From IMG/VR virus record IMGVR_UViG_3300043219_000566, positions 1 to 64,000 of that record: 64,000 nt of DNA. One strand, given 5' to 3'. Both the position numbers and the translations under genes were made by a program. The notes beneath the pieces were generated by a model. The model was not told the DNA's origin and ran no database searches. It saw nothing but the letters and a program-made list of their open reading frames with translations. This document shows, in pieces, positions 1 to 8,942 of the stretch (the first letter of the stretch is position 1; each line of letters begins with the position of its first letter).

Positions 1-210
1 GGCCAAGCACCCATCGCTGACGATACCGGCTAACCGCGAGTAGTTGGCTTGCTTGTTCTCCAGCAGACCTCGCGCGACAAACTGGTAGTACAACTGGCGC
101 AACGTCATCTTGTAACCGTTGGCCTGATACTCGTCGATGATCTCGTTCGCCTGCCGGATCAACTCCAGTGTCGCAGCGCGGAACGCAATGTACCTGTACT
201 TGATTTTCAT
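1..210 (-). CDS. N-terminal part of a Topo VI-A-like/DUF2399-type (WHD-Toprim) protein; runs off the window edge
   Basis: Hand translation from ATG at 210: MKIKYRYIAFRAATLELIRQANEIIDEYQANGYKMTLRQLYYQFVARGLLENKQANYSRLAGIVSDG. The TLRQLYY..V..G motif is typical of this family's N-terminus; the Toprim part is not visible. Confidence 0.5.
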   Translation of the reverse strand, partial: MKIKYRYIAFRAATLELIRQANEIIDEYQANGYKMTLRQLYYQFVARGLLENKQANYSRLAGIVSDGCLA

Positions 211-350
211 CAGTAGCTCCAGCAATACGAGCACCGCCGCCGCTGTAAACAGAGCCGGTAATCGCGCGGGTCCGGAGACCGCCGGAGACCACGCACGACT
301 ACCGTAAAGCGGAGTTACCGCCGACTCTGTTCAATGCCCCGTCAGCCGCG

Positions 351-1208
351 CTAGACGTCGATCGGATCGGGGTAAGGCGTTCCGGCCCTCCACGACAAGC
401 TCTGCGTCTCCTGGTTCTGCCGCCACAAGTTCCAGGCCTTGAAAGTCAACGCCAGTATGAACTCCTGCTTCAGATTGGACGTACGGCTGCCGCGGTTTTG
501 CTCCAACCGCGAGCGCAAGCGACGGATAGGGCTGTCCTCGCCGAGGTCCGCACCGTCGCCCAGCCTGGCAAAGAAAATATCCGCGGTGGGCTTGTCGGGC
601 TTGCTCAGCAGCCAGCGCGCGAACAAGCACAAGCCAGGAGGTAGCAGCCGCGGACCACGCGTCTGCGCACAAACCGCAAGCTCCGGGTACTTCTTCAACG
701 TCGCGAGAAGCTCGTGGATCAGCGGCGCATAACCGATGCGCATATGCGTCCGGTGCATACCGTTCAGGTAACGCCAGACCCAGCGCACGCCCGCCGCCAA
801 CGACGAGCAGTTGGAATGGCCCATCATGCCCAATACGTCCGCGAACGTGCGCCTTTTGCCGGTATCGAGCGTATGAAACGACTCCGGATCGGCCCCGAAA
901 ACCACGAAGCTCTCGATCGTCACCCCGCTGCGAACAATTGCTTCCAACCGATGCTGCCCGTCCATCAAACGGCATTTGTCCTTGTCGGGATAGCCGTCGA
1001 AAACGATGGTTTTGCCGTTCACCAACCACTCACCAGCAGTCATCGCCCGCGCGTAGGAATTAACCAACGACTCGGTCAGCTTACGATTTCTCGTGTTGTT
1101 CTTGAGCCAGAGCGACGCGCGGCGAGGGGAAATCGACATACACTTGCCAACAGCCTTCGTGACCTTCTCGTTCGCACTTCGAGACGCTCTCTTTGGTGTC
1201 TTAGACAT
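351..1208 (-). CDS. ParB N-terminal-like domain protein (phage type)
   Basis: YARAMTAGEW...LMDGQHRLEAIVRSG matches the DGQHRL motif of the ParB/Srx-like fold. Confidence 0.6.
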   Translation of the reverse strand: MSKTPKRASRSANEKVTKAVGKCMSISPRRASLWLKNNTRNRKLTESLVNSYARAMTAGEWLVNGKTIVFDGYPDKDKCRLMDGQHRLEAIVRSGVTIESFVVFGADPESFHTLDTGKRRTFADVLGMMGHSNCSSLAAGVRWVWRYLNGMHRTHMRIGYAPLIHELLATLKKYPELAVCAQTRGPRLLPPGLCLFARWLLSKPDKPTADIFFARLGDGADLGEDSPIRRLRSRLEQNRGSRTSNLKQEFILALTFKAWNLWRQNQETQSLSWRAGTPYPDPIDV

Positions 1209-1447
1209 TTCGTATTCCTCTCAACGACCACTCGCCAGCGTCCATCGCTCGCGAGTAGGTCCGAACCAACGACGCGTCCAGCTTCCGCTTTCTCAAATTG
1301 CGCTGAAGCCAGCGCGCCGCACGTCGTAAAGAAATCAACATCTTCTCGCGTTTCTTACTCGGCATTGTGTTCCTCAGACAACGTCAACATTGACGCAAGT
1401 TAGTGACGCACAACGCGCGCGCACTATCAGCAGTCGGAAACCAGCTG

Positions 1448-1879
1448 CTACCGACACACCGCATTGCGCTTACCGGCCCCCGTGGATTTCTTGCGATTGC
1501 AGACTTTGTCAGGCTCCGGCGGAACAGGACGATGAAGCGCTGTCCGCAGGACCAGAGTACCGTAGGCGAACTGCTTGATACCGCCCTTGTTCGCGTACAC
1601 CGGATCGATATGCTTCTGCAGCAACGCGTCATTTACGACCACGATGAACTGGTTCAGAGCAGCAATGCGCCGCCTGCCCGCTGGAACAGGGCTCCCCAGC
1701 AGCTGAACCATGATTGCCCCGTACATGTAAGCCAGACGAGGGCGATAACGAGACTTCACGAGCTTAGCAGCAATTTTGATCAGCTTCTCGCGATTTATGT
1801 GCAAGGACGCCCGCACAGTAGCCCCGTTACGCAGTGCAAATTCTCCCAGTCGATAACGCGCGACCTGGTTTCTGGCCAT
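1448..1879 (-). CDS. hypothetical protein
   Basis: ORF with GGAG RBS before MARNQV (ATG 1879). Confidence 0.55.
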   Translation of the reverse strand: MARNQVARYRLGEFALRNGATVRASLHINREKLIKIAAKLVKSRYRPRLAYMYGAIMVQLLGSPVPAGRRRIAALNQFIVVVNDALLQKHIDPVYANKGGIKQFAYGTLVLRTALHRPVPPEPDKVCNRKKSTGAGKRNAVCR

Positions 1880-1954
1880 ATTTTTCTCCAGCAGCCGGAC
1901 AAAACTCGTTCCCCTGCGCAACGGCCGCAAGACAGAGTCACCAGCTGATCAATT

Positions 1955-2152
1955 TCAACGTCCCGGCGGAACCGGGAACAGATCTTCTTCAGGCTTCTTA
2001 GCGTGCACCCGCGGGGACTTGACCCAGTAGAACTGAGATGACTCATCGCGACGCCGGAAACAGACCTTCTCGACCACCCCTATCTCGCGCGGGCCGTTGA
2101 GCGGCCGCACCATCACGCGCTCGCCAACCTGGTATATGGGATCGCTCGTCAC
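1955..2152 (-). CDS. small SH3-barrel-like (KOW/Tudor-like) protein
   Basis: YQVGERVMVRPLNGPREIGVVEKV...FYWVK; GTG start overlaps the stop of the upstream gene. Confidence 0.6.
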   Translation of the reverse strand: MTSDPIYQVGERVMVRPLNGPREIGVVEKVCFRRRDESSQFYWVKSPRVHAKKPEEDLFPVPPGR

Positions 2153-2523
2153 TATGCGTCCCCGCGCGCTGAAATTCGGACCTGCTTGCAACCGCGCCCG
2201 CAGGGCTCGTCCACCGCGGGCAAAGATACCTGGCCAGGAACGAAACCAATGCGCTCCCGCCAGCTATCGGCCATGCCGTGCAAGCCACCCACGTCGCTCG
2301 CCCGAATCTGCCCAGCAATCTTCTCCAAGTCGAACTCGATCTCGCGCTCGCAACGCGTGCCGGAAAACGCGTGCGCGCTGACCAGGTACCGCTGTTCCTC
2401 ATCAGGGTTCTTGCGCATTACACACGTGATCTGCGCTTTCACTCTCTTGCCATCCGACCTGACCACAAAGACGTGGTCGTTTCGGCGAAACTTCTTATCA
2501 GGTTGTTTCAGTTGCTCTAACAC
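2152..2523 (-). CDS. SH3-barrel-like domain protein
   Basis: KFRRNDHVFVVRSDGKRVKAQIT...RYLV; GGAGGAG RBS. Confidence 0.55.
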   Translation of the reverse strand: MLEQLKQPDKKFRRNDHVFVVRSDGKRVKAQITCVMRKNPDEEQRYLVSAHAFSGTRCEREIEFDLEKIAGQIRASDVGGLHGMADSWRERIGFVPGQVSLPAVDEPCGRGCKQVRISARGDA

Positions 2524-3151
2524 GGATCAACTCCTCCAAATCGCCGAGCTTCAGCAAACCGTGATGCGCAGCAATACGCTCGCTAGTACGCAGATCCAAA
2601 ATGTCGCAGAAGTCCAGCTGGGTCATCGCCTGGTACACAGGTCCGTCCTGCAAATCGTGCCCACGCCAAATCACAACCACGGTGCGCTCGTCCTCGAAAG
2701 TGTGCAGCACCAATTCCCCACCGCCGCAGTTCAAAATCGCGTGCAGCACAGTCGCGGCCGAGCCCAAGAGATTGCGGCGCACCTGGGGCTTGTTCGCCGT
2801 ACAGAGCGGCGGCACGTTTTCAGCCTGACCGTTGTAAGCCTCGATACGCCGGTACCAGCCGTTGAACAACTCCATCAGTTGCTCAAGCTTGTTGGTACCC
2901 ATATCGAGAACGTAGACCTCCGGTATCGACTGACCCGTGCTGCTAACTCGGCCGGAATGCGCAACACCGGAGGTCATGAATGCCTGTTGTTGAGGAAGAT
3001 TTTTAGCTGCCACCATACCTCCTGCTAGTCCGAGCCCACCGCCCGCAGCAAGCACGCTCGGCCGCCCCAGTGCTTGCTTCAAGGTTTTGCCAGACGTGCT
3101 GTAGCGCGCAGCAAATCTGGCCATTTTGCTCAATCGAACAAGCAAGTCCAT
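2498..3151 (-). CDS. hypothetical protein (alternative start 3016)
   Basis: 217-aa ORF with SD motifs before both ATG 3151 and ATG 3016. Confidence 0.55.
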   Translation of the reverse strand: MDLLVRLSKMARFAARYSTSGKTLKQALGRPSVLAAGGGLGLAGGMVAAKNLPQQQAFMTSGVAHSGRVSSTGQSIPEVYVLDMGTNKLEQLMELFNGWYRRIEAYNGQAENVPPLCTANKPQVRRNLLGSAATVLHAILNCGGGELVLHTFEDERTVVVIWRGHDLQDGPVYQAMTQLDFCDILDLRTSERIAAHHGLLKLGDLEELIRVRATETT

Positions 3152-3166
3152 CGTGACCTCCCCTGG

Positions 3167-3532
3167 TCAAGCGCACGCAGGTCCAGCTATCCGCTTACGC
3201 CGCACGTTACGGCGCTTCATCCAGCTCCGCTGCTCGTCGTCCCACAACACCTCGGGTACGCGCTCCTGCGCGAACGCGTAAGGCTTGCTGTCCACGAAAA
3301 GCATGAACTCCCAGGGTCCGCCGAACACCGAACTGCCGCCGATATTGTGCCAGCCACACGACAGCCTCTGACCCGCGGTATGGACTTCAGGGCACAATAA
3401 GCGCAACGCGATCAGCCGTTCAAGTCGCAGCAACGTCGCGGTCTGTCTCTGGTAGTTAGCACGCAGCTTTCCGAACTGATCTTGCAGCTCTGCGTACTTT
3501 TCGTCCGTCAACTGTTCTTTCTGTGCGCACAT
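3167..3532 (-). CDS. hypothetical protein
   Basis: 121-aa ORF co-oriented in the operon. Confidence 0.5.
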   Translation of the reverse strand: MCAQKEQLTDEKYAELQDQFGKLRANYQRQTATLLRLERLIALRLLCPEVHTAGQRLSCGWHNIGGSSVFGGPWEFMLFVDSKPYAFAQERVPEVLWDDEQRSWMKRRNVRRKRIAGPACA

Positions 3533-3702
3533 CGATCAAATCCTCCGGGTCGTGGACCCCGTTGCACTTGGCACACACAGCCAAGCGCATAACAAAAGTG
3601 AACGTGGCGCGGCAACAAGGTGTGCGCCAATCCGATATTCTGCTCATCGCCAGGCTCCTCAACTGATATTCCGGTCACGCCCACAACCGCCCCCATTCGG
3701 GA

Positions 3703-3915
3703 TCAACTCTTTTTCTGCGCCGCGCGCGCCTTGTGGTGCCTGCAAACGAACAGCGTAGGCTCGGAGACCGTGATCTTCGACCCGAACGTATCCGCCGCTT
3801 TGCACGTATTTGACTCCACGTAATGACTGCGACGACGTCGCCGCAACTTCGTGCAATTGGCGCACGAGCGCACTCGCTCGAAATGAAATAAAGCTTTGCA
3901 ATCCTTGGTATTCAT
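3703..3915 (-). CDS. small Cys/His-rich putative zinc-binding protein
   Basis: CANC...C...CRHH; CAGGAG RBS upstream. Confidence 0.5.
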   Translation of the reverse strand: MNTKDCKALFHFERVRSCANCTKLRRRRRSHYVESNTCKAADTFGSKITVSEPTLFVCRHHKARAAQKKS

Positions 3916-3945
3916 AGCTCACGTCTCCTGTAACTGCCCCCGCAA

Positions 3946-3978
3946 TAATGAAAGCCCCGGGGACTGGCCCCGGGGCTT
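3946..3978 (-). terminator. intrinsic terminator-like hairpin
   Basis: Perfect 11-bp stem AAGCCCCGGGG-5nt-CCCCGGGGCTT (3952-3978), followed on the minus strand by TCATTATT. Confidence 0.65.
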
Positions 3979-4020
3979 AGCGCTTCAACCCGCACCAAAT
4001 GCTTCAATCCACGCCGACAG

Positions 4021-4731
4021 CTACGGACCCGAGCCAGGACGCGCATTGATGCCGTTGGCATCCTTCAACTTGCGCTCCCAGCGCATCGGAACAGCATAGA
4101 CCGGGGGACACGGGTCGCAGTTCTCGTTGATGTCTTCATAGCACGCAAGCGTGTTAAACATGCAAGGAACTGTCCCATGCCCAGTACCGAGAATCAAAGC
4201 CTCGTTATCGAAAACCTTCTTGGCTCTGACCCTGATCTGATAAATGGTCTGGTAATCGCCGCTGGTGTCACACCAGACACACTCAGGGTATCCCGGAACG
4301 CCGCGCGCTACGAACGAGGCGTAATACCCCGTGTCATTGTCGAGCGTGTACACAGAGAAGTTGAAATCTTCGACAACGACCGTAGGCCCGGCATCCTCGA
4401 CCTCGAAATAGGTCGGATCGAAGTCGATCATTGTCTGGACGCCGTAAAGCGCATCGCTGTTTCCATGATCGCCGTCGCCGTCCCAATCGGCCTCGATCTC
4501 GACCCAGAACCACTCGCCGACAGTAACCACGCGCGGCGCGTCCAGTCCCAGCCGCGAGCAAGTTCCCGTGCACGTGTCCTCGCACGGCGGGTCATCTCCG
4601 TCCAGCGGATCGGGCAAATCGGGACCACCACCGAAAGTGATCACGTCGTCACCGCCAGCCTCCATGAAATCGAGCCCGTAAACTGCCGGAACTCCCAGCG
4701 CGAGTATCGCGCACAACAAAACGTACCGCAT
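4021..4731 (-). CDS. secreted protein with cohesin-like beta-sandwich domain
   Basis: Signal peptide MRYVLLCAILALGVPAVYG; VTVGEWFWVEIEA...LYGVQTMIDFDPTYFEV resembles cohesin-type strand patterns. Confidence 0.5.
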   Translation of the reverse strand: MRYVLLCAILALGVPAVYGLDFMEAGGDDVITFGGGPDLPDPLDGDDPPCEDTCTGTCSRLGLDAPRVVTVGEWFWVEIEADWDGDGDHGNSDALYGVQTMIDFDPTYFEVEDAGPTVVVEDFNFSVYTLDNDTGYYASFVARGVPGYPECVWCDTSGDYQTIYQIRVRAKKVFDNEALILGTGHGTVPCMFNTLACYEDINENCDPCPPVYAVPMRWERKLKDANGINARPGSGP

Positions 4732-4820
4732 GTCCAACTCCTTCAAACAGCCCGCAGAGCCACCACTGGCTCTGCAACTAAAGCGAAACGGCTACACGCC
4801 GCCTCGCCTCACTTACTACA

Positions 4821-5015
4821 TTAGCTCGCAGCCAGCGCCGGTCCCCACCACCAGATCCAACACGCGCTAACGGCAATCAACACCACAGATGCCAAAAGCG
4901 AGCCAGGCATTTTATCGAGCTTGCCGATCATCAAAGCAAAGAAGCACGCACTAATGTTAGCTACGAGCACGATCCAGGCGACAACCATAATCACAGTCAG
5001 CAAGAAACCGGGCAT
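4821..5015 (-). CDS. small two-TM membrane protein
   Basis: Two long hydrophobic segments in 64 aa. Confidence 0.5.
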   Translation of the reverse strand: MPGFLLTVIMVVAWIVLVANISACFFALMIGKLDKMPGSLLASVVLIAVSACWIWWWGPALAAS

Positions 5016-5031
5016 AGCGATCTCCGCAAGA

Positions 5032-5059
5032 AGCGAGGCGAGCCGAAGCCCGCCTCGCT
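5032..5059 (-). terminator. GC hairpin with cUUCGg loop, probable terminator or processing stem
   Basis: Minus strand AGCGAGGCGGGC-TTCG-GCTCGCCTCGCT, just after the stop of the 5083-5790 gene. Confidence 0.55.
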
Positions 5060-5082
5060 CGCGATTTCAACAACGTAGCGCG

Positions 5083-5790
5083 CTACGGTATTTCGAGCGC
5101 GTAGCACAGCAACAGCAGCGGATCGACCGGAGTCTCCTTCTTGTTCTTGATACAGCTACAGGTCCCGTGGCTGGAACAACTGCAGCGCGGATGAAACCCA
5201 GCCGAACAGCAGGCCTTGCACTTCCCGGTACACTCGCACGTGCCACCGGGGCACTTGTCCTCCGCAGGATGCGCGCCCATCGACCCGGCACGCGACTCCA
5301 AGCGCTCGTCGCCTTGCACAAACGTGAACTCGGCGTCGGCCAACGTGGCTGCGTAAACGAACTCGAAGTCGTGAATCGCATCGTCGGTCCAAACAGACAG
5401 GTACAGCACATCTTCTATCACGAGCGCGTCCACTACGCCAGTAGCGCGCCAGACGGTCTCGCCGTCGGCCGGAGCAATCGGCACGTCGTCACCCGCGGGA
5501 AACGACCAGCCGAGATTGGTACAGTCCCAGCCGTATGGCGCAGCGAACTCGACGATCCACTCGTGCTCCTCGCTATTGTACTCCAGCGCGCCATAGCCCA
5601 CGTAGGGCAGCTCGACACCGCCCAGCTTGTAGACCGTGATGTCGCACTGGAGCGCAGGAGACACAGCGCCCTTGGACATGTTCTGATCGAGCGGCATAAC
5701 ATGCGCTACAAAAATAGCAGACCAAGCGCACGCTACCCACCCTACCAGACACACACTTGCAACAAATCCACCTATCTTTAACATGACCAT
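5083..5790 (-). CDS. secreted/membrane protein with Cys-rich C-terminal domain
   Basis: N-terminal hydrophobic segment; C-terminal CPGGTCECTGKCKACCSAGFHPRCSCSSHGTCSC. Confidence 0.55.
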   Translation of the reverse strand: MVMLKIGGFVASVCLVGWVACAWSAIFVAHVMPLDQNMSKGAVSPALQCDITVYKLGGVELPYVGYGALEYNSEEHEWIVEFAAPYGWDCTNLGWSFPAGDDVPIAPADGETVWRATGVVDALVIEDVLYLSVWTDDAIHDFEFVYAATLADAEFTFVQGDERLESRAGSMGAHPAEDKCPGGTCECTGKCKACCSAGFHPRCSCSSHGTCSCIKNKKETPVDPLLLLCYALEIP

Positions 5791-5941
5791 TCTCCTTTAG
5801 AGGCTACCACCGAACGCCCGGCGACGCCGCCGGGTCATTACCGCGCTAACCTCGCTCGAAACCGGCGCAGGACGCGCCGATCAACCCACGTCAAATGATG
5901 CAAACGCGATCCTGTCCAGCCCTGCCCGGACGATCGCCTTG

Positions 5942-6499
5942 TCACGCCTGCTCGGCGATGCACTTCACCTGCGGAAGCTCAGCCCCGCTAGCTGGTTTAC
6001 ATAAAACCTTTCGGGCTTTAGGCTTGCGGGCTTTCCCTCGCTTCTTTGGGTTACGGGCATCACGCACCTCTTGAGGTACATCGGCAGTTACGCCGAGAGA
6101 ATCGAGGACTTTTGCGACCAGCGGCCCCAGCGCGGACAGTATCTTGGCCTGCCCGGATAATTCGAGCAGGGGATAATCAAGCTGGTTGTCCATGATGATA
6201 TGCCGCCTCTCGCGTCGCCCGGTAGCGACGTCCAACTCATACTTCACCTGATAGACAATGCGCTGGCCATCGCGAGACCCGTAATGCGCCTCGAAACGAA
6301 CTCGGGCATCTTGCTCAGTCTCGCCGTCGCGCCGGACAGTGATACCGTGCACGGATTCCAAGTGCTCGAACAGCGCCTCTTCGGTCTCGAACAACCCATG
6401 ACCGGAGACACCTCTGACCCCTTTGGTAGCAATGCAGTATTTGCATGCGATCATTCGTAACCTCCCCTGACACGTTAATGCACCAAACCTATTTCTCAA
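5942..6499 (-). CDS. hypothetical protein with N-terminal CxxC...HxxxxH zinc finger
   Basis: CKYC...EHLESVHG. Confidence 0.5.
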   Translation of the reverse strand: MRNRFGALTCQGRLRMIACKYCIATKGVRGVSGHGLFETEEALFEHLESVHGITVRRDGETEQDARVRFEAHYGSRDGQRIVYQVKYELDVATGRRERRHIIMDNQLDYPLLELSGQAKILSALGPLVAKVLDSLGVTADVPQEVRDARNPKKRGKARKPKARKVLCKPASGAELPQVKCIAEQA

Positions 6500-7401
6500 C
6501 GCCGCGCCGCCTGACGGTTCTCCTTGTACAGCTTACGCATGCGCTTGCGCAACCAGCTCTCCTGGTGATACGCATAGCGTCCCCAGTGCCGATGCAGCTT
6601 CTTCATGTCCTCGTAGTGGCGTCCGTCGATATCGGGCCAGATGTCGTGCCAGACATAGTCGAACTTGTACCGCCCGTTGGGCTTCCACACGTGAGCATCA
6701 GCATGAACCACGATCAGCTTGTCACCGTAGCGCGCCCGGTAGTGCCCAGCGACCAGCTTGATCACGTCGGCTTCTTTCTCGATCACCCAGACCTTCGTGA
6801 CCCGAGGATTATCGAGCGCAGCCTGCACCGCGACACCCAGGCCCAAGCCAGTAATGCACACAGTGCCGCTAACTTGGCCCAACCACCTGTGCTCGTGGAT
6901 CTCGGCAGGAGTGTCCGACATGATCACGTCGCTGCCTTCGCGACCTATTCGCGTATAACGCCCAGGAAAGATGAGCCGACCTTCGCGACGACCACGCACT
7001 GTGTTCTCCAGCGCAGCCGCGCTCTCGCTGACCTCAAAGCGCTCGACCACCCAACCACCGTGCTCGCCCTCTGGCACATCCACGCACCGCAGAAGACCAG
7101 GTCTCCAGCACTCCCACGAAGGATGCACCGTGCCTTGCCGCCCGCTCCGCTGCCCGTAGTAACGCCCGTGACTAGACCAGACCTCGACGTACCCGGGAAC
7201 AGAAAACGACTTCACGCGGCAACAGCGCGTATCGGCAATCACGCCGACGTTGATCGTATGGCCGACCACAAACCGGCTCCAGCCATCATTGACTTCGTCG
7301 TAAAACGCGTCACGCGCCGCGTGCGGGCGCATGATCATGCCGCCAGTACGCACGTACTTACCGTACTGGTCCTCCTTGATCTGAGTTTGAGCCATGATCA
7401 C
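6496..7401 (-). CDS. class I SAM-dependent methyltransferase (spermidine-synthase-like fold) with N-terminal extension
   Basis: VCITGLGLG (motif I), VWVIEKEADVI (motif II), VVHADA, FDYVWHDIWP. Confidence 0.75.
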   Translation of the reverse strand: MIMAQTQIKEDQYGKYVRTGGMIMRPHAARDAFYDEVNDGWSRFVVGHTINVGVIADTRCCRVKSFSVPGYVEVWSSHGRYYGQRSGRQGTVHPSWECWRPGLLRCVDVPEGEHGGWVVERFEVSESAAALENTVRGRREGRLIFPGRYTRIGREGSDVIMSDTPAEIHEHRWLGQVSGTVCITGLGLGVAVQAALDNPRVTKVWVIEKEADVIKLVAGHYRARYGDKLIVVHADAHVWKPNGRYKFDYVWHDIWPDIDGRHYEDMKKLHRHWGRYAYHQESWLRKRMRKLYKENRQAARR

Positions 7402-7421
7402 TCCAATAGTGCGCCTACTTC

Positions 7422-7781
7422 TTAGGCCAGCTTCCTGCGTCTGATCTCGTCCGTACGGCGAATATGCTTGATCACCTGCGTGAAACTGACCGGGTGCTGA
7501 CTCCGATGATCCGCATGCAGATCCTGGACTCGCTCGCGAGCAAGCGGCGAACGGATAGTACGGTACTTGTTGACGCCCGCGCCCATCTCACGGGCCAGCA
7601 CGCCCACGTGGTCGCGCTCGCCGTCGGTAATCTGGTCCTCGCGCAGCCCGTACAGCATGGCCGCGATCTGGCGGTAACCAAATCCCTCCGCAGCGTAGAA
7701 CTTGATCCACACCCTTTCCCAGTCGGTCGTGGACTCCTTCGCCCGACGGTGGCCGGGCGCGCGGGAGGTTACAGGTGGCAT
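7422..7781 (-). CDS. hypothetical HTH-like protein
   Basis: GFGYRQIAAML helix-turn-helix-like segment. Confidence 0.5.
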   Translation of the reverse strand: MPPVTSRAPGHRRAKESTTDWERVWIKFYAAEGFGYRQIAAMLYGLREDQITDGERDHVGVLAREMGAGVNKYRTIRSPLARERVQDLHADHRSQHPVSFTQVIKHIRRTDEIRRRKLA

Positions 7782-7784
7782 GAG

Positions 7785-8057
7785 CTAGACTCCTATCTCG
7801 TTGATCGACTTGGTGGCCAGCGCCAGCAGGTCCCGAACGTGCGCCAATCTCAGACGCAGTTCAGCAGCTTCAGTCTCGACCGGCCGCGACTCGGGCTCAG
7901 CAGGGGGACTCGCGATCTCTCCCTTTGAGGCCTGCGGCGGAACCGGGTACATGAAGCGCTGGCTCTTGAGTTTGCGCTTGCACGCTGCCTCGTGCTTACC
8001 CACACCATGGGGATGACACGGCCGGTAACAGAATTTGCAGTAAACGTTCTTGCACAT
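7785..8057 (-). CDS. small zinc-finger plus coiled-coil protein
   Basis: CKFC...HEAAC motif. Confidence 0.5.
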   Translation of the reverse strand: MCKNVYCKFCYRPCHPHGVGKHEAACKRKLKSQRFMYPVPPQASKGEIASPPAEPESRPVETEAAELRLRLAHVRDLLALATKSINEIGV

Positions 8058-8070
8058 TGGTTAATCCTCG

Positions 8071-8472
8071 TCACGAAGCACGTCGTTGGCGGGCTTTCCG
8101 GCGAGCGTGCCACAGCATGCCGTGGCCCGCGCTCCGTCCGGTGTAGTACACGCCTTGGATCAGCGCTTCGATCTGGTGGTAGTGGGAACTGACAAACGAT
8201 CGAGGGGTGCGCCAGCAGCCGGTAATCCAGCAATGACCCATGAACGAGCCGTCGGCGGCGTTGATCACACCGCATTGGCCGACATATTCAACGGGCCACC
8301 CGCGCTTGTCGCGCGGGAACTCTGGATAGCCGTAAGCCTCGGTGGGCGTCAGATATGCTCCGCCCGCCGTAAACTTCTGCCCCTGGAACTCGATCGTTAC
8401 GCTCTCCGCGAAGCCGACGGGCTCCCCGGTGCTGCGGCGCGTCACCACGCCGCGCTCAATCTCGATTTTCAT
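8071..8472 (-). CDS. hypothetical phage protein
   Basis: 133-aa ORF with normal composition, co-oriented. Confidence 0.55.
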   Translation of the reverse strand: MKIEIERGVVTRRSTGEPVGFAESVTIEFQGQKFTAGGAYLTPTEAYGYPEFPRDKRGWPVEYVGQCGVINAADGSFMGHCWITGCWRTPRSFVSSHYHQIEALIQGVYYTGRSAGHGMLWHARRKARQRRAS

Positions 8473-8711
8473 GGAATTGGAAGTGTAGAAACTCGATGGA
8501 AACCAGGAATACTACGTTTCGAGACGCTGTTTCAGCTGCGTAACGATACCACGCAGTCGTTCGCGCTGCGCTTCGTCGAGCGGCTCGTGTTCGGCTGCCT
8601 CGACCAGCGCATTAGCGCATAAAACCAACGTAGCCACCGCATCACCAAGCCTGCGAGATGCCTCTGGCTCTTGGGGCTCATCGTGAGTCTGACACATGTT
8701 GCTCTCCTTGC

Positions 8712-8921
8712 TCAAGAAATATGGAAAACCGGGTCGCCCTGCTCACCGTCGTAACGGTGAACATCGGCCGTCTCCAGCGCAGGCAACCGGCCTACGCCGA
8801 CAATGCTCTGCAAATCACGCATGACCTCCTTGGCTTTGATGCCAGGACTGAACACCAGCAACGCCCCGACACGATCACATTTCTCCGGAATGTCCTCATC
8901 GATGATTTTTACTTCGACCAT
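8712..8921 (-). CDS. hypothetical protein directly downstream of the TIGR array
   Basis: Strong AGGAGGAG RBS lying between the last array unit and the ATG. Confidence 0.6.
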   Translation of the reverse strand: MVEVKIIDEDIPEKCDRVGALLVFSPGIKAKEVMRDLQSIVGVGRLPALETADVHRYDGEQGDPVFHIS

Positions 8922-8942
8922 AGTGCTCCTCCTGCGAAAACA

